Shown here in pieces: positions 53,409 through 62,367 of a stretch of 64,000 bases of DNA (position 1 is the stretch's first letter; each line of letters begins with the position of its first letter). Under the pieces are notes generated by a model. It searched no databases. It was not told the origin of the DNA and was given only the letters and a program-made list of their open reading frames with translations. The position numbers were made by a program, and so were the translations under genes. This DNA is from an uncultured Gemmatimonadales bacterium. GTDB lineage: Bacteria > Gemmatimonadota > Gemmatimonadetes > Gemmatimonadales > GWC2-71-9. Location of the stretch: the NCBI GenBank assembly GCA_963798915.1, contig CAWCVB010000002.1:416001-480000 (forward strand), in the 5' to 3' direction.

Positions 53409-53705
53409 ATGATCCAGCGCATCAGGCGTCTCGATGTTGGCCAGACCGCCAAGGTCCTCGGCGTGCTCTACCTCCTGCTTGGGATCGTCTTTGCGGTGAT
53501 TTTCGGCCTGTTTGGCATGATGGTCCCGGCCAGCATGCGCACCGAGCCGGGCATGGCGATGTTCGGGGCAAGCTTCGTGATCTTCATGCCCATCATGTAC
53601 GGCGTCCTCGGTGTGGTCTTCGGGGCCCTGGTGGCAGCGCTGTACAATCTGGTAGCCGGCTGGACCGGCGGTCTGCAGCTGGAGTTCGAGCCGGCAGGCG
53701 AGTAA
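53409..53705 (+). CDS. Small membrane protein (DUF3566-like)
   Basis: GGAG RBS; 2 TM; LYNLVAGWTGGL. Confidence 0.75.
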   Translation: MIQRIRRLDVGQTAKVLGVLYLLLGIVFAVIFGLFGMMVPASMRTEPGMAMFGASFVIFMPIMYGVLGVVFGALVAALYNLVAGWTGGLQLEFEPAGE

Positions 53706-53764
53706 GGCTACCGGGGTGGCGGAATAGACAGACCGGAGCAACCTGACCGTGGAAGGCGCATTCG

Positions 53765-54190
53765 ATGACTCTGCCAGGACTGGCGCCATTTTGCCGGGCT
53801 CGGCACCTGTTGCTCGGCGTTGTGCTGGCCCTCCCGCTGTCGGGGTGTGGCGTCTCGGAGACGTGCACGCTCATCGGCTGCCGCTCCGGCCTGATCGTGC
53901 GTGTGAGCGCCCTCCCCGGAGACAGTGCCGCGATCACGCTCATTGAGGTGGGTGCCAATTCGATCACCCTGACCTGCAACTCGCCCGATCAGTGTCAGGA
54001 GGTCGGAGTGCTATTTGCCGACAGGACCCCGGTCACCGCTACCGTCCTCGTAAGCTCCGGAGACGTCTCAAGGTCGTTCGACGTCGTACCTCAGTATGCA
54101 TTGCAGCGGCCCAACGGCCCTGGCTGCGAGCCGGAGTGCCGAACCGCAGTGGTAAATCTGGACATGACGCACGCGAGTTCGTGGCAGTAG
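53765..54190 (+). CDS. Hypothetical Cys-rich lipoprotein
   Basis: Lipobox LSGC, CTLIGC, PNGPGCEPEC. Confidence 0.7.
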   Translation: MTLPGLAPFCRARHLLLGVVLALPLSGCGVSETCTLIGCRSGLIVRVSALPGDSAAITLIEVGANSITLTCNSPDQCQEVGVLFADRTPVTATVLVSSGDVSRSFDVVPQYALQRPNGPGCEPECRTAVVNLDMTHASSWQ

Positions 54191-54216
54191 TAGTACTAAC
54201 TACTACGCGACATTTC

Positions 54217-54244
54217 TTGACATCCGTCGCCCGCCCGATACGTT
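54217..54244 (+). promoter_or_regulatory. Sigma70-type promoter
   Basis: TTGACA-16bp-TACGTT, preceded by GTAGTAGT-acta-ACTACTAC inverted repeat. Confidence 0.5.
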
Positions 54245-54298
54245 GCTGGCGTTCCAGTGCCCGGCCCACCACGGCCGGAACCATGTCCAGGAGGCTGG

Positions 54299-54703
54299 GT
54301 GGGTACCGAACTTGGCGGTTCGCAGATCTCGTCGCTGATGGAGACTCTGCCCGGCATTGCCCAGGTGCTCCGGAATCCGGTGGCAGACGCCATTGTGCAT
54401 CTGTCCCGCGCCGCGGCCCGGATGGACGAATTCCGGGTGGCGGACGCCGAAGAGCTGCTGCAGTACGCCGTCCGGCGCAGTCTGCTGGGCGAGAGCGAGG
54501 CCGAGCAGGTGATCGAGGAAGTTCGCGCGGCCAACCAGAAGCGGCTGGACCGGAACGCCGCGCACAAGGCACAGGCCAAGTCGGCGTCGTCCAAGCCCAG
54601 GAAGAAGCCGGTCCCGGTCAAGAAGCCGGCCAACGTGGTCAAGAAGCGGGTGACGGCGCATCACCCGGTGAAGAAGAAAACGGCGGCGAGGGCCAAGCGG
54701 TGA
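54299..54703 (+). CDS. Hypothetical protein with Lys/Ala/Pro-rich basic tail
   Basis: AGGAGG RBS then GTG; histone-H1-like C-terminus. Confidence 0.75.
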   Translation: MGTELGGSQISSLMETLPGIAQVLRNPVADAIVHLSRAAARMDEFRVADAEELLQYAVRRSLLGESEAEQVIEEVRAANQKRLDRNAAHKAQAKSASSKPRKKPVPVKKPANVVKKRVTAHHPVKKKTAARAKR

Positions 54704-54719
54704 CGTGACCCGCAGGGGG

Positions 54720-56408
54720 TCAGGTCTGAAAATCCCTGATCGCCTCGCTCAGCCGCTGCGCGCCCTGCAGCAGCTCGCTTGCCGCCGAAGCCATCTCTTC
54801 CGTACTGGCGCTCTGTTCCTCCGCCGCCGCGGTGACCTCTTCACTCGCGGCGGCGTGGTCATTGGCGCTTTGGGCCACCTGTGCGGTCCGGGTGCCCAGC
54901 TCGTCGGCGATCTCCCGGTTCTGCTGGGTTTCGTGTGACACGGCCCGTGCCGCCTCGTGCACCTCTTCCACCGCCCTCGCGATTTCATCGAGGGCATTGG
55001 CCGCTGCGTGGGCCACGCCTTCCACGCCGGCCACCTTGGCCGATCCCACTTCCATGGTTCCGGACACCGTGCGAATTTGTCGGCGAATGAACTCGACCGT
55101 CTTGGTCACGTTCTCCGCCGCATTCGCGCTGGAGTCGGCCAGTCGGCGCACTTCTTCGGCCACCACGGCAAAGCCGCGGCCATGCTCGCCGGCTCGCGCC
55201 GCCTCGATAGCCGCGTTCAGGGCGAGCAGGTTGGTCTGGGACGAGATCTGCTTGATGAGGTCGATGAACTCGGTGATCGCCTCGCTCTCGCGCGCGAGCT
55301 CCTGGACCTGCCCCGCGGAGGTCCGGACCACTTCGCGTACATCGAGCAGGGTGCGTCCGGCATTCTCCACGTCGCCGCGATGATCGGCCGCCAGGCTGCG
55401 GATACGATCGCCCAGCTGGACCACGCGGTTGGCCGCCTGGGCATTGGCGGCTGACGCTTCGCGCAGGGCCTCGAGCAGTGCCCCCGCCTGATCCATGCCC
55501 GTCCGTTGCTGTTCGGCGCTGGTGGCGACCCGGACCATGGCGGTGGAAATCTCGCCGCTCGATGCGGCCAGCTCCTCGCTCATGGCGCTGAAGTCGGTGG
55601 CGCTGGAAGATATGGCGTTGGCCTCGCGGGTGACCGAGCCCACCACCTCGCGCAATCGCCCGCCCATGTGGTCCATCGCACGCCCCAGCTGGTCCAGCTC
55701 GGTGGGCATTGCGCCCAGCGCCAGGGGCCGCAGGTCGCCGCCGCCGAAGCGGTCGGCAGCGCCGATCAGCCGCCGGAGCGGGTTGTCCACCGCGCGGATG
55801 GTCGCAGTCGAGGCGCCCACTCCAATCAGCAGCACCGCCACAAACAGCAGCCAGAGCGCGTTGCGCCGCCGCCCGGCCTGGTCGCGCAGGGCCTGGGCCT
55901 GGAGTCGGGCCCGCTCGCCTTGCGAGACCGAGAGCGACGTGACGTCGCTCAGCAACTCTCCGCTGGGCGCCGCAGCTTCGGCCGCAGCGGCACGCGCCTC
56001 ATCACCACGGCCAAGATCGCTCAGCGCATGAGCAGTGGCGTAGGCCACCTCCGCCTGGGCCTGGGCCGATTCAATGCGGTTGAGCGTGAGCTGGTCTTCG
56101 GTCGTGAGTCCGGCCAGGTCGCGGAACTGGCGCTGAAAATCGTAGGCGGAGTCGCCGCTTGCGACGAACTGCCGCAGGAACTCAGGCTCGGGACGGGACA
56201 GGTACTGTTCCGCGGCGCGCACTTCCGCTGTGACCGAGCCCACCAGGCCGGTGGAGAGCTGGCTGCCTCGAACTACCGCGTCGAGTTGCTGGTCGGCTGT
56301 TCGGCCCAGGGAGACAATCGCATTGACGCCGATCACGGCAATGAGCAGCACCAGCAGGACCAGCAGACCCATGGTGGCGGTGATGCGGCTGCGGAGACTC
56401 TGCAGCAT
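54720..56408 (-). CDS. Methyl-accepting chemotaxis protein
   Basis: 2 [33 protein letters not shown]. Confidence 0.96.
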   Translation of the reverse strand: MLQSLRSRITATMGLLVLLVLLIAVIGVNAIVSLGRTADQQLDAVVRGSQLSTGLVGSVTAEVRAAEQYLSRPEPEFLRQFVASGDSAYDFQRQFRDLAGLTTEDQLTLNRIESAQAQAEVAYATAHALSDLGRGDEARAAAAEAAAPSGELLSDVTSLSVSQGERARLQAQALRDQAGRRRNALWLLFVAVLLIGVGASTATIRAVDNPLRRLIGAADRFGGGDLRPLALGAMPTELDQLGRAMDHMGGRLREVVGSVTREANAISSSATDFSAMSEELAASSGEISTAMVRVATSAEQQRTGMDQAGALLEALREASAANAQAANRVVQLGDRIRSLAADHRGDVENAGRTLLDVREVVRTSAGQVQELARESEAITEFIDLIKQISSQTNLLALNAAIEAARAGEHGRGFAVVAEEVRRLADSSANAAENVTKTVEFIRRQIRTVSGTMEVGSAKVAGVEGVAHAAANALDEIARAVEEVHEAARAVSHETQQNREIADELGTRTAQVAQSANDHAAASEEVTAAAEEQSASTEEMASAASELLQGAQRLSEAIRDFQT

Positions 56409-56411
56409 GGC

Positions 56412-57527
56412 TCACTGGCCTCCTGCGAGCCGGAGCGCGCCATTGCGGACCACCGCGACGTACACCTCACGCGTGGGAACGTCACCCAGTGAATCGAAGG
56501 CGATCCGCCCGGTCACGCCATCGTAGGGATGCTGGAGGTCCACGCCCATGAGGCCCTCACGAATTCGCGTGCGGCTGGTGCCCACCTTGGCCATGACCCG
56601 GGCCAGGATGTGGAGCGCGTCGTACGATGCCGCCGCGGGCTGATTGGGCAGGGGCTCGCCGGGATACTTGGCCTTGTACGCGGCGACGAAGCGCTGGTTT
56701 GCCGCCGTCTCCAGCTGCGGCAGATAGGCGAGTGTCTCGTAGACGCCTTCAGCCAGCTGGCCCGCCTGTTCGATACCCTCCAGCCCATCGGCGCCCAGGA
56801 GCGGCAGGTCAATGCCGCGCGCATGCGCCTGCCGCAGGATCGCTTCGGCTTCGCTGCGGTTGCCGGCATCCACGATGAACTGGCTGCCGCCCAGCTTCGC
56901 CATCCGGTCGAGGTAGACGCCGACATCGGGCGCCGTGCCCAGGTAGGGCGACTCACCCATGAGTTCGCCGCCGCGACGGGTGAATTCGGCCACGAAGCGC
57001 TGGCGGACTCCGCGCCCGTAGGGGTCGTTCAGGTACAGGACGGCGCCCCGCACCAGGCCGAGCCGCTCCCGGATCCAGCGAGCCAGCGCCTGGCCATGTT
57101 CGTTGTCACTGGGACAGACCCGGAAGATCCATGGACCAGCCCGCGAGACCTCGGGCGCGGATGAGGAGGGCGAGATCGCGACGATCGGATTGGCGCCGCC
57201 GTTGTACACCGGAGCCGCGGCGAGCGTGGTGCCGGAGAAGAGGTGCCCGATCACCGCGACCGCATCGCTGGCGTAGAGCGTGTTGGCCACCACCACCGCT
57301 GAATCGGCGCTGCCGTAGTCGTTCTGTTCCAGGAGCGTGAGCGGCCGGCCGTTGACTCCGCCGGCCGCGTTGATCTCTTCGATGGCGAGTTCCGCGCCCA
57401 GCCGCATCGGGCGACCGACCGGATCGTCAAAGGCGCCTGCGAGGCCCACCGGGATGGGTGCGGCACCACCACAGGCCGCGAGTACAGGCAGCATCGTGGC
57501 CAGCACGAGATGGCGAAGCTGGAGCAC
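56412..57527 (-). CDS. LivJ-type (branched-chain amino acid) substrate-binding lipoprotein
   Basis: Lipobox LAAC, AIEEINAAGGVNG, FRVCPSD, YDGVTGRIAFD. Confidence 0.9.
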   Translation of the reverse strand: MLQLRHLVLATMLPVLAACGGAAPIPVGLAGAFDDPVGRPMRLGAELAIEEINAAGGVNGRPLTLLEQNDYGSADSAVVVANTLYASDAVAVIGHLFSGTTLAAAPVYNGGANPIVAISPSSSAPEVSRAGPWIFRVCPSDNEHGQALARWIRERLGLVRGAVLYLNDPYGRGVRQRFVAEFTRRGGELMGESPYLGTAPDVGVYLDRMAKLGGSQFIVDAGNRSEAEAILRQAHARGIDLPLLGADGLEGIEQAGQLAEGVYETLAYLPQLETAANQRFVAAYKAKYPGEPLPNQPAAASYDALHILARVMAKVGTSRTRIREGLMGVDLQHPYDGVTGRIAFDSLGDVPTREVYVAVVRNGALRLAGGQ

Positions 57528-57614
57528 CGGGTATCTCCGCAGGCGGACCGACAGGTGGGTGCCGCCGTGGATGAAATGGGGGTCAACGCCCACTAGGTTA
57601 GGGATGGAGGGGCC

Positions 57615-57646
57615 AAAAAAAAAGAGGCCGCCCGCTGGGCGGCCTC
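57615..57646 (-). terminator. Intrinsic terminator
   Basis: GAGGCCGCCC stem plus T9 on the minus strand. Confidence 0.9.
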
Positions 57647-57662
57647 CCGGAGGGGTTTCGGC

Positions 57663-58226
57663 TCAGGTGCCGCGCGGTAGTCCCCGGCCCCAGGCGTCCA
57701 GTACCCGGCCATCGACCAGGCTCACGGACGCCACCCGCTCATCACCGCCCACCCGCCAGGTCAGGCGCATCATCCGCCCTTGGCGGACCCACTGCATCAT
57801 CCACTGGGGACCTTGCACCTTGGCGCCCACCCGGCCGTAGGCGTGTTCGAGCGCGTCACGCCAGCCGTCCAGCTGATCGGGTGCGACGTCCGAGCTCAGG
57901 GTCAGCACGGCGGTGGCCGAGTCGATGGCGGAGAGCCACACCTTGACGTTGCTCCCGCGCACCGGGTCGGGAACGGTGCCCCGGCACTCGGAGACGCGGT
58001 GGTCACGACGTGCACGGTCGCAGTGGAGCGACGAACCTCCGAGCGCTCGCATGCGGGCGGCGACATCGGCCAGCGAGGCGCCGGCGTGGAAGCCGAAGAA
58101 CTGCAGGGCACTGGTATCTGGTGCAACGGCTTGCGCAGTGGCCGGGCGGATGTCAGCTGTCAGGACAGCGAGGGTGGCGACGCTGAGCACAAGGGCAAGT
58201 CGGGTGAGGACGGCACGAAGGTGCAT
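57663..58226 (-). CDS. Hypothetical secreted protein
   Basis: Signal peptide, typical codon usage. Confidence 0.7.
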   Translation of the reverse strand: MHLRAVLTRLALVLSVATLAVLTADIRPATAQAVAPDTSALQFFGFHAGASLADVAARMRALGGSSLHCDRARRDHRVSECRGTVPDPVRGSNVKVWLSAIDSATAVLTLSSDVAPDQLDGWRDALEHAYGRVGAKVQGPQWMMQWVRQGRMMRLTWRVGGDERVASVSLVDGRVLDAWGRGLPRGT

Positions 58227-58262
58227 CGGGGCATCCGGGCAAGAGTCGATGGTTGGTACCGC

Positions 58263-58300
58263 AAGAACAACACCGCGCCGGGCCAGGGGCCCGGCGCGGT
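58263..58300 (-). terminator. Terminator after csp
   Basis: 13-bp GC stem followed by a U-rich tail on the minus strand. Confidence 0.65.
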
Positions 58301-58323
58301 GGCAGCGCGCAATGGCGCGGGAA

Positions 58324-58524
58324 TCAGGCCTTTCGGACGTTCGCCGCCTGCAGTCCCTTGGGGCCTTCGACGATGTCGAATTCGACCTCGTCACCTTCGG
58401 AGAGGGAGCGGAACCCATCCATGGTGATTGCGGTGTGGTGGACGAAGACGTCCTTGCCGCCTTCCTGCGCGATGAAGCCAAAGCCCTTGGCGTCGTTGAA
58501 CCACTTTACCGTGCCCTTCGCCAT
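58324..58524 (-). CDS. cspA: Cold-shock protein
   Basis: [31 protein letters not shown]. Confidence 0.97.
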   Translation of the reverse strand: MAKGTVKWFNDAKGFGFIAQEGGKDVFVHHTAITMDGFRSLSEGDEVEFDIVEGPKGLQAANVRKA

Positions 58525-58725
58525 TGCGGAAAACCTCTGCTGTAGGGGGCACATGTGCCCCGGTCAGGCTCCTGGCCCGGGTGGCCAGGCAACAAAAAGA
58601 CCGATCGGAACGACTATCCGAACGGCCGTCTTGCATGCTGCGATCAGGTGTGACGGAGCTCCTGCAGTTTCATATTCTAAGCTGCCGCCCGATCTGGAAC
58701 TTGTCAATATCGCGTGGGGCTGGGG

Positions 58726-59262
58726 TCACCGCTGGCGCCGGAGCACCATCCGGCCATTGCGCACCTCGTGCGCCAGCAGCCAGCGCTTCCGGGGGAGTCC
58801 GCCCCCGTAGCCCACCAGTGCGCCCCGGGCGCCAACCACCCGGTGGCAGGGTATCAGGACGGCGAGCTGGTTGGCGCCCACCAGCTGCCCGACCAGGCGG
58901 GCATGCAGCCCGGTGACCCGGGCGATATCGCCGTAGGAACAGGTGTCCCCGAAGGGAATCCGGCACAGTTCCCGGTACACCGCAGCCTGGGCCACTGAGA
59001 GGCTGAACCAGCGCTCGAGGTAGGCGGGATAGCGGAAGCGCTTGAGGCTGCCGCTGAAGTAGGCGTCGAGCAGCGCCACGGTCCGGGTGCAGGGGCCCGG
59101 CGCGGCACGGATATCGGGCGCACCGCCTCGGACCCGGACCTGCCAGTGCAGCCGGCCCGCCCGTCCAGGAAACCCAACGACCAGGGGGCCCTCCGGCCCT
59201 TCGACCAGACTCAACGGCCCGATCGGCGACTCGTAGGTGGCGGTTTCAAGAGCAAGAGACAC
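58726..59262 (-). CDS. ogt: Methylated-DNA--protein-cysteine methyltransferase
   Basis: IPFG...SYG, IPCHRVV, GYGGG. Confidence 0.9.
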   Translation of the reverse strand: MSLALETATYESPIGPLSLVEGPEGPLVVGFPGRAGRLHWQVRVRGGAPDIRAAPGPCTRTVALLDAYFSGSLKRFRYPAYLERWFSLSVAQAAVYRELCRIPFGDTCSYGDIARVTGLHARLVGQLVGANQLAVLIPCHRVVGARGALVGYGGGLPRKRWLLAHEVRNGRMVLRRQR

Positions 59263-59279
59263 GAATGAAGTGTACTGCA

Positions 59280-59385
59280 AGACGGCTGGACGGCTAGGCA
59301 GGAGGGGCAGGACGGGCAGGACGGGCAAGGTGGGTGCTCGGCCGCTCGACCGTCGACCCGTCGCCCGTCTTCCCGCCTGTCCGAC
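59280..59385. repeat. Degenerate 8/9-mer palindromic array between divergent genes
   Basis: gacggctg gacggcta ... cgggcagga units, mirrored by cccgtc/tcccgcc units. Confidence 0.6.
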
Positions 59386-59397
59386 TATCTTCCTCCC

Positions 59398-60012
59398 ATG
59401 CCAATCCCATCAACGCTGGTCATCCGCACGTTTGCTGACCGGTCGGAAGGGCTGGCCCACTTCGTCATGCGGGCCGGCGAAGCCCCCCGGCTGCTTGCGT
59501 TTGACGATGCCTATGGCTGCCCGATCGACAACGCGCTGTCCGCCCTCGAATGGACCGGCGCCGTCGGCATCCTCCGGGACGAGGACATGCTCCACGCCGC
59601 GCGTCTCACCAGCGAGACCGCCGCCGCCGTGATCGAGCGGAAAACGGAGAACGGTGTGCGGTGCTACGTCTATCTCGGCCCCCGCCTGGACGCGCCGCCG
59701 ATGGACGTGTTCGAGGGCGCAGTGCTCTTCGACGAGCCCGGTGTCAAGGCCGTGGAGTTCAGCCAGCGGGCCCACGCCCTGGCGCACTTCCTGCGAGCAA
59801 CCTCCGGCGCAGGTGCCCTGGTGGCCATGCTCGGCCGTCGGGCGCCCGAAGTGCGTTATCTCCGCCGCTGGCTCGGCGCAATCCTGGAACATGTCGAGCC
59901 ACCCTGCGCCATGGTTGGCGGCTGGTTCGCCGTCAGCTCGGCCGGAGTCCTGTTCACCGCCAACGGGGGCGAGCCGTCCTGGCGCTATGTCGAGGTGGGG
60001 TCAGAAACATGA
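59398..60012 (+). CDS. Hypothetical protein with internal duplication
   Basis: FADRSEGLAHF and FSQRAHALAHF. Confidence 0.75.
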   Translation: MPIPSTLVIRTFADRSEGLAHFVMRAGEAPRLLAFDDAYGCPIDNALSALEWTGAVGILRDEDMLHAARLTSETAAAVIERKTENGVRCYVYLGPRLDAPPMDVFEGAVLFDEPGVKAVEFSQRAHALAHFLRATSGAGALVAMLGRRAPEVRYLRRWLGAILEHVEPPCAMVGGWFAVSSAGVLFTANGGEPSWRYVEVGSET

Positions 60013-60587
60013 AGCTGCTGTTCTCAGCAGGTGCTGCCGTGATGCTTGTCTTCTCTGCTGCCACGACCGCCGTCGCCCAGGCGACGGTCATCCGTCCCGA
60101 CCGGCGGCTTACTCCGGCCGAAACCGAATTGCGCTCGGCCTTGTACCAGCTTCGCGACTCACTGGCGACCCTGTCCGGCGCGGCCGCGCGGATGGATCGC
60201 GATTTTGCCCGCACATCTCCACCCGCCCTGGTCTCACGGGCGCGCCAGGTCCAGCTCGGCTGCGAGGCCGCAGCGCGCAACATTCCTGACCCTGAGGCCA
60301 AGGTGCGGTCCCACCCCATGCGGACCGAACTGGAAGCGAAGCAGCAGGCCCAATTGCTCAAGGCCTACACCGAACTTGACCAGGCCCTCACGGCCTGCAG
60401 CAAGACCTTTGGTGCGATGGCGAAGCCCGGCGCCGGCGAAGAAGTCCGCGGCTACGGCAATGCCAGAATCCGGTCGCTCAACGTGGAACTCAAGCGCTAC
60501 GGCCGAGCCGCGGACGACTTCTTCAGCGCCCTGCGGATTCCCAACCGGCCGCTGGGCGCCGGGCCCAACCCTTTCAACAACGGCTGA
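60009..60587 (+). CDS. Hypothetical secreted helical protein
   Basis: Signal peptide AVA-Q; overlaps the upstream stop. Confidence 0.75.
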   Translation: MKLLFSAGAAVMLVFSAATTAVAQATVIRPDRRLTPAETELRSALYQLRDSLATLSGAAARMDRDFARTSPPALVSRARQVQLGCEAAARNIPDPEAKVRSHPMRTELEAKQQAQLLKAYTELDQALTACSKTFGAMAKPGAGEEVRGYGNARIRSLNVELKRYGRAADDFFSALRIPNRPLGAGPNPFNNG

Positions 60588-60607
60588 AATCAGGTCCCCG
60601 GCAGCCA

Positions 60608-60640
60608 GGGAGGGCGGCGTTTGCCGCCCTCCCGTCTTTT
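60608..60640 (+). terminator. Intrinsic terminator
   Basis: GGGAGGGCGGC-gttt-GCCGCCCTCCC-gtctttt. Confidence 0.88.
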
Positions 60641-60739
60641 GTGGACATGTGTTCATGTGGATACACATGTCCACAGCATGTGGAAAGACCGGCGCAGCCC
60701 ATGCCGGGACAGTGACTTGCGGGCCCGGCTTCTTCCACA
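60640..60739. promoter_or_regulatory. Cluster of five DnaA-box-like nonamers
   Basis: TGTGGACAT, TGTGGATAC, ATGTCCACA, TGTGGAAAG, TCTTCCACA (1-2 mismatches to TTATCCACA). Confidence 0.55.
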
Positions 60740-60769
60740 TTCAAAGTGAGCTAAACCGAATAAAATCAG

Positions 60770-60802
60770 GCACTTGCGCGATTCTGACGCAAGTGCAATT
60801 AT
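60770..60802 (+). promoter_or_regulatory. Putative promoter with overlapping inverted repeat
   Basis: TTGCGC-17bp-AATTAT; GCACTTGCG-N9-CGCAAGTGC. Confidence 0.5.
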
Positions 60803-60806
60803 GAGT

Positions 60807-61221
60807 GCACGCGATTCGTCACGTGTGCGGACTCCGGGTTCGTGCGGCGAGCGATGAGCGGTTCGGCTGGATGTGCGGTGGAGGCAGGCGAACTTCCCAA
60901 GGGTATCGTCTGTCGTTGAGACCGAATCACATTCAGTCGGGCTGGCGAGGCCAGTCGCGTGCCTCGTCCACCCCGATCTGGCGCCTCGGGGTGCAGTGTG
61001 AACGGCCGATCCGCGACTCGGTCGGACTCGCAGCGCCAGCAGTGATGAACCAGGTGGGATGGCCATCCGGCCTGGGAATCAACGTTGAAGCCCCATCCGT
61101 GTCCTCCCGATCGGGAAACCGGCGGCGGCACCAGGGAGAAGAACGGCGGCGCAAGCTCCGCCTTCAGCCTGTCACTGCGAGAAGCGGCCATCCAGCCACG
61201 ACTGGGTGGCCGTTTCGTTTT
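60807..61221 (+). ncRNA. Unidentified large structured RNA (one RNA or two in tandem)
   Basis: No credible ORF; many helices with G-U pairs, GAAA/GCAA tetraloops, pseudoknot, 3' terminator. Confidence 0.75.
61181..61221 (+). terminator. Terminator closing the putative ncRNA
   Basis: GAAGCGGCCATCCAG / CTGGGTGGCCGTTTC then GTTTT. Confidence 0.8.
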
Positions 61222-61233
61222 GGGGAGATGGGA

Positions 61234-61308
61234 GCTGAAAGCTGAGAGCTGAAGGCTGAAAGCTGAGAAAGGCTGAGAGCTGAGAGCATTTAGCCCTCAG
61301 CTCTCGGC
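61234..61308. repeat. GCTGARA heptamer palindromic element
   Basis: Seven GCTGA units, then tttagc cctcagc tctcggc; contains the stop of the yhaM-like gene. Confidence 0.85.
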
Positions 61309-62297
61309 AGCTCCTGCCCATCCCGACCCCAATCAAACCTGCCCCGGTAGGCCCGCCGGCGATCCAGCTGCCAGAGGGTCCGGGTGCTGGTCAGCGCATC
61401 CTCGACAAAATTCTCCGGATCAGCGAGCGCGTCTGCCATGCTGGCAGACTTGGCGCTGGCGTTGTCAGCGTAATGCAGGATCTCGGCTTCCAGTGTCATG
61501 GGCGGAACCGCGGCGCCGAATTCGAGCCGCCCATGGTGCGAGAGGATCATGTGCTGGATCAGCTCGGCTTCGCCATCGAGGCAGGGCGCCGGCTCGCACG
61601 AGCGCAGGGCGCGGTCGAACATGAGTGCGCCCAGTACGACGTGTCCCAGCAGCCGGCCCGCCACGGTGTAGTCGAAGACCCCATCCCAGCGATAGCACTC
61701 CAGCTTTCCGATATCGTGCAGCAGTGCGCCGGCCAGCACGAGGTCTTCGTCGCCGCCGGAAACCTTGGCGATGGTGCGGCCGATCGCCGCCACCTCGAGC
61801 ACATGCTTGAGCAACCCGCCCAGGGCGGCGTGGTGGCCCTTGGGGCTGGCCGGGCATTCCGCAAAACGACGGCGGAAGTCGTGGTCTTCGAAGAAGAGGT
61901 CGAGCGTGCGGCGCAACCGTGGGCCTCGCACCGCTGAGCGCCATTCATCCAGCTTGCGCCAGTATACCTCCGGGTTGCCCACCGACGGCATGAGGTCCGC
62001 AAGGTCAATCTGACCTGTCGGCAGCACCCGGATGGAGCTGATGCTGAGCTGGCGCTTGCCCCGGTATTCACCCACTTCGCCAATGATCTGCGTCACCAGT
62101 CCCTTGCTGATGCCGGCCACCCGCTGCTGGTCCGGACCCCAGAAGGGGGCGGAATCGATCTGACCGGTGGCATTGCCGAGGGTGAGGACAGTGCAATCCT
62201 TGTCGCCACCATACGAACGGACCTGGACATCCCATACCAGGAAGGGGTGTTGAATCCGCTCGCCGATGGCGAGGCGTTTCAGGTCGCGAATGGTCAT
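61290..62297 (-). CDS. yhaM: OB-fold + HD-domain 3'-5' exoribonuclease YhaM/Cbf1-like
   Basis: PAS..HHA..GGLLKH, LLHDIGK, GHV, ILSHHG..EFG, HYADN. Confidence 0.88.
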   Translation of the reverse strand: MTIRDLKRLAIGERIQHPFLVWDVQVRSYGGDKDCTVLTLGNATGQIDSAPFWGPDQQRVAGISKGLVTQIIGEVGEYRGKRQLSISSIRVLPTGQIDLADLMPSVGNPEVYWRKLDEWRSAVRGPRLRRTLDLFFEDHDFRRRFAECPASPKGHHAALGGLLKHVLEVAAIGRTIAKVSGGDEDLVLAGALLHDIGKLECYRWDGVFDYTVAGRLLGHVVLGALMFDRALRSCEPAPCLDGEAELIQHMILSHHGRLEFGAAVPPMTLEAEILHYADNASAKSASMADALADPENFVEDALTSTRTLWQLDRRRAYRGRFDWGRDGQELPRAEG

Positions 62298-62367
62298 GAT
62301 TGGCAAAGTTATCGCCCGGTCATGACAACCGATAGCTCGCGCCCGCCAGCCATGCTAATTTGCGGCC

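Noticed and set aside
58675..58710. csp promoter TTGACA/TAGAAT on the minus strand
   Set aside because: 22-bp spacing too long for one sigma70 promoter
60640..60800. Chromosomal oriC
   Set aside because: No perfect boxes, no clear unwinding element or dnaA/dnaN neighbours; kept only as a box-like cluster
60807..61221. RNase P, tmRNA, SRP, group II intron or cobalamin riboswitch identity
   Set aside because: Diagnostic sequences (GAGGAAAGUCC, tRNA-like ends, GGAAGGAAGCAGC, domain V, B12 box) not found
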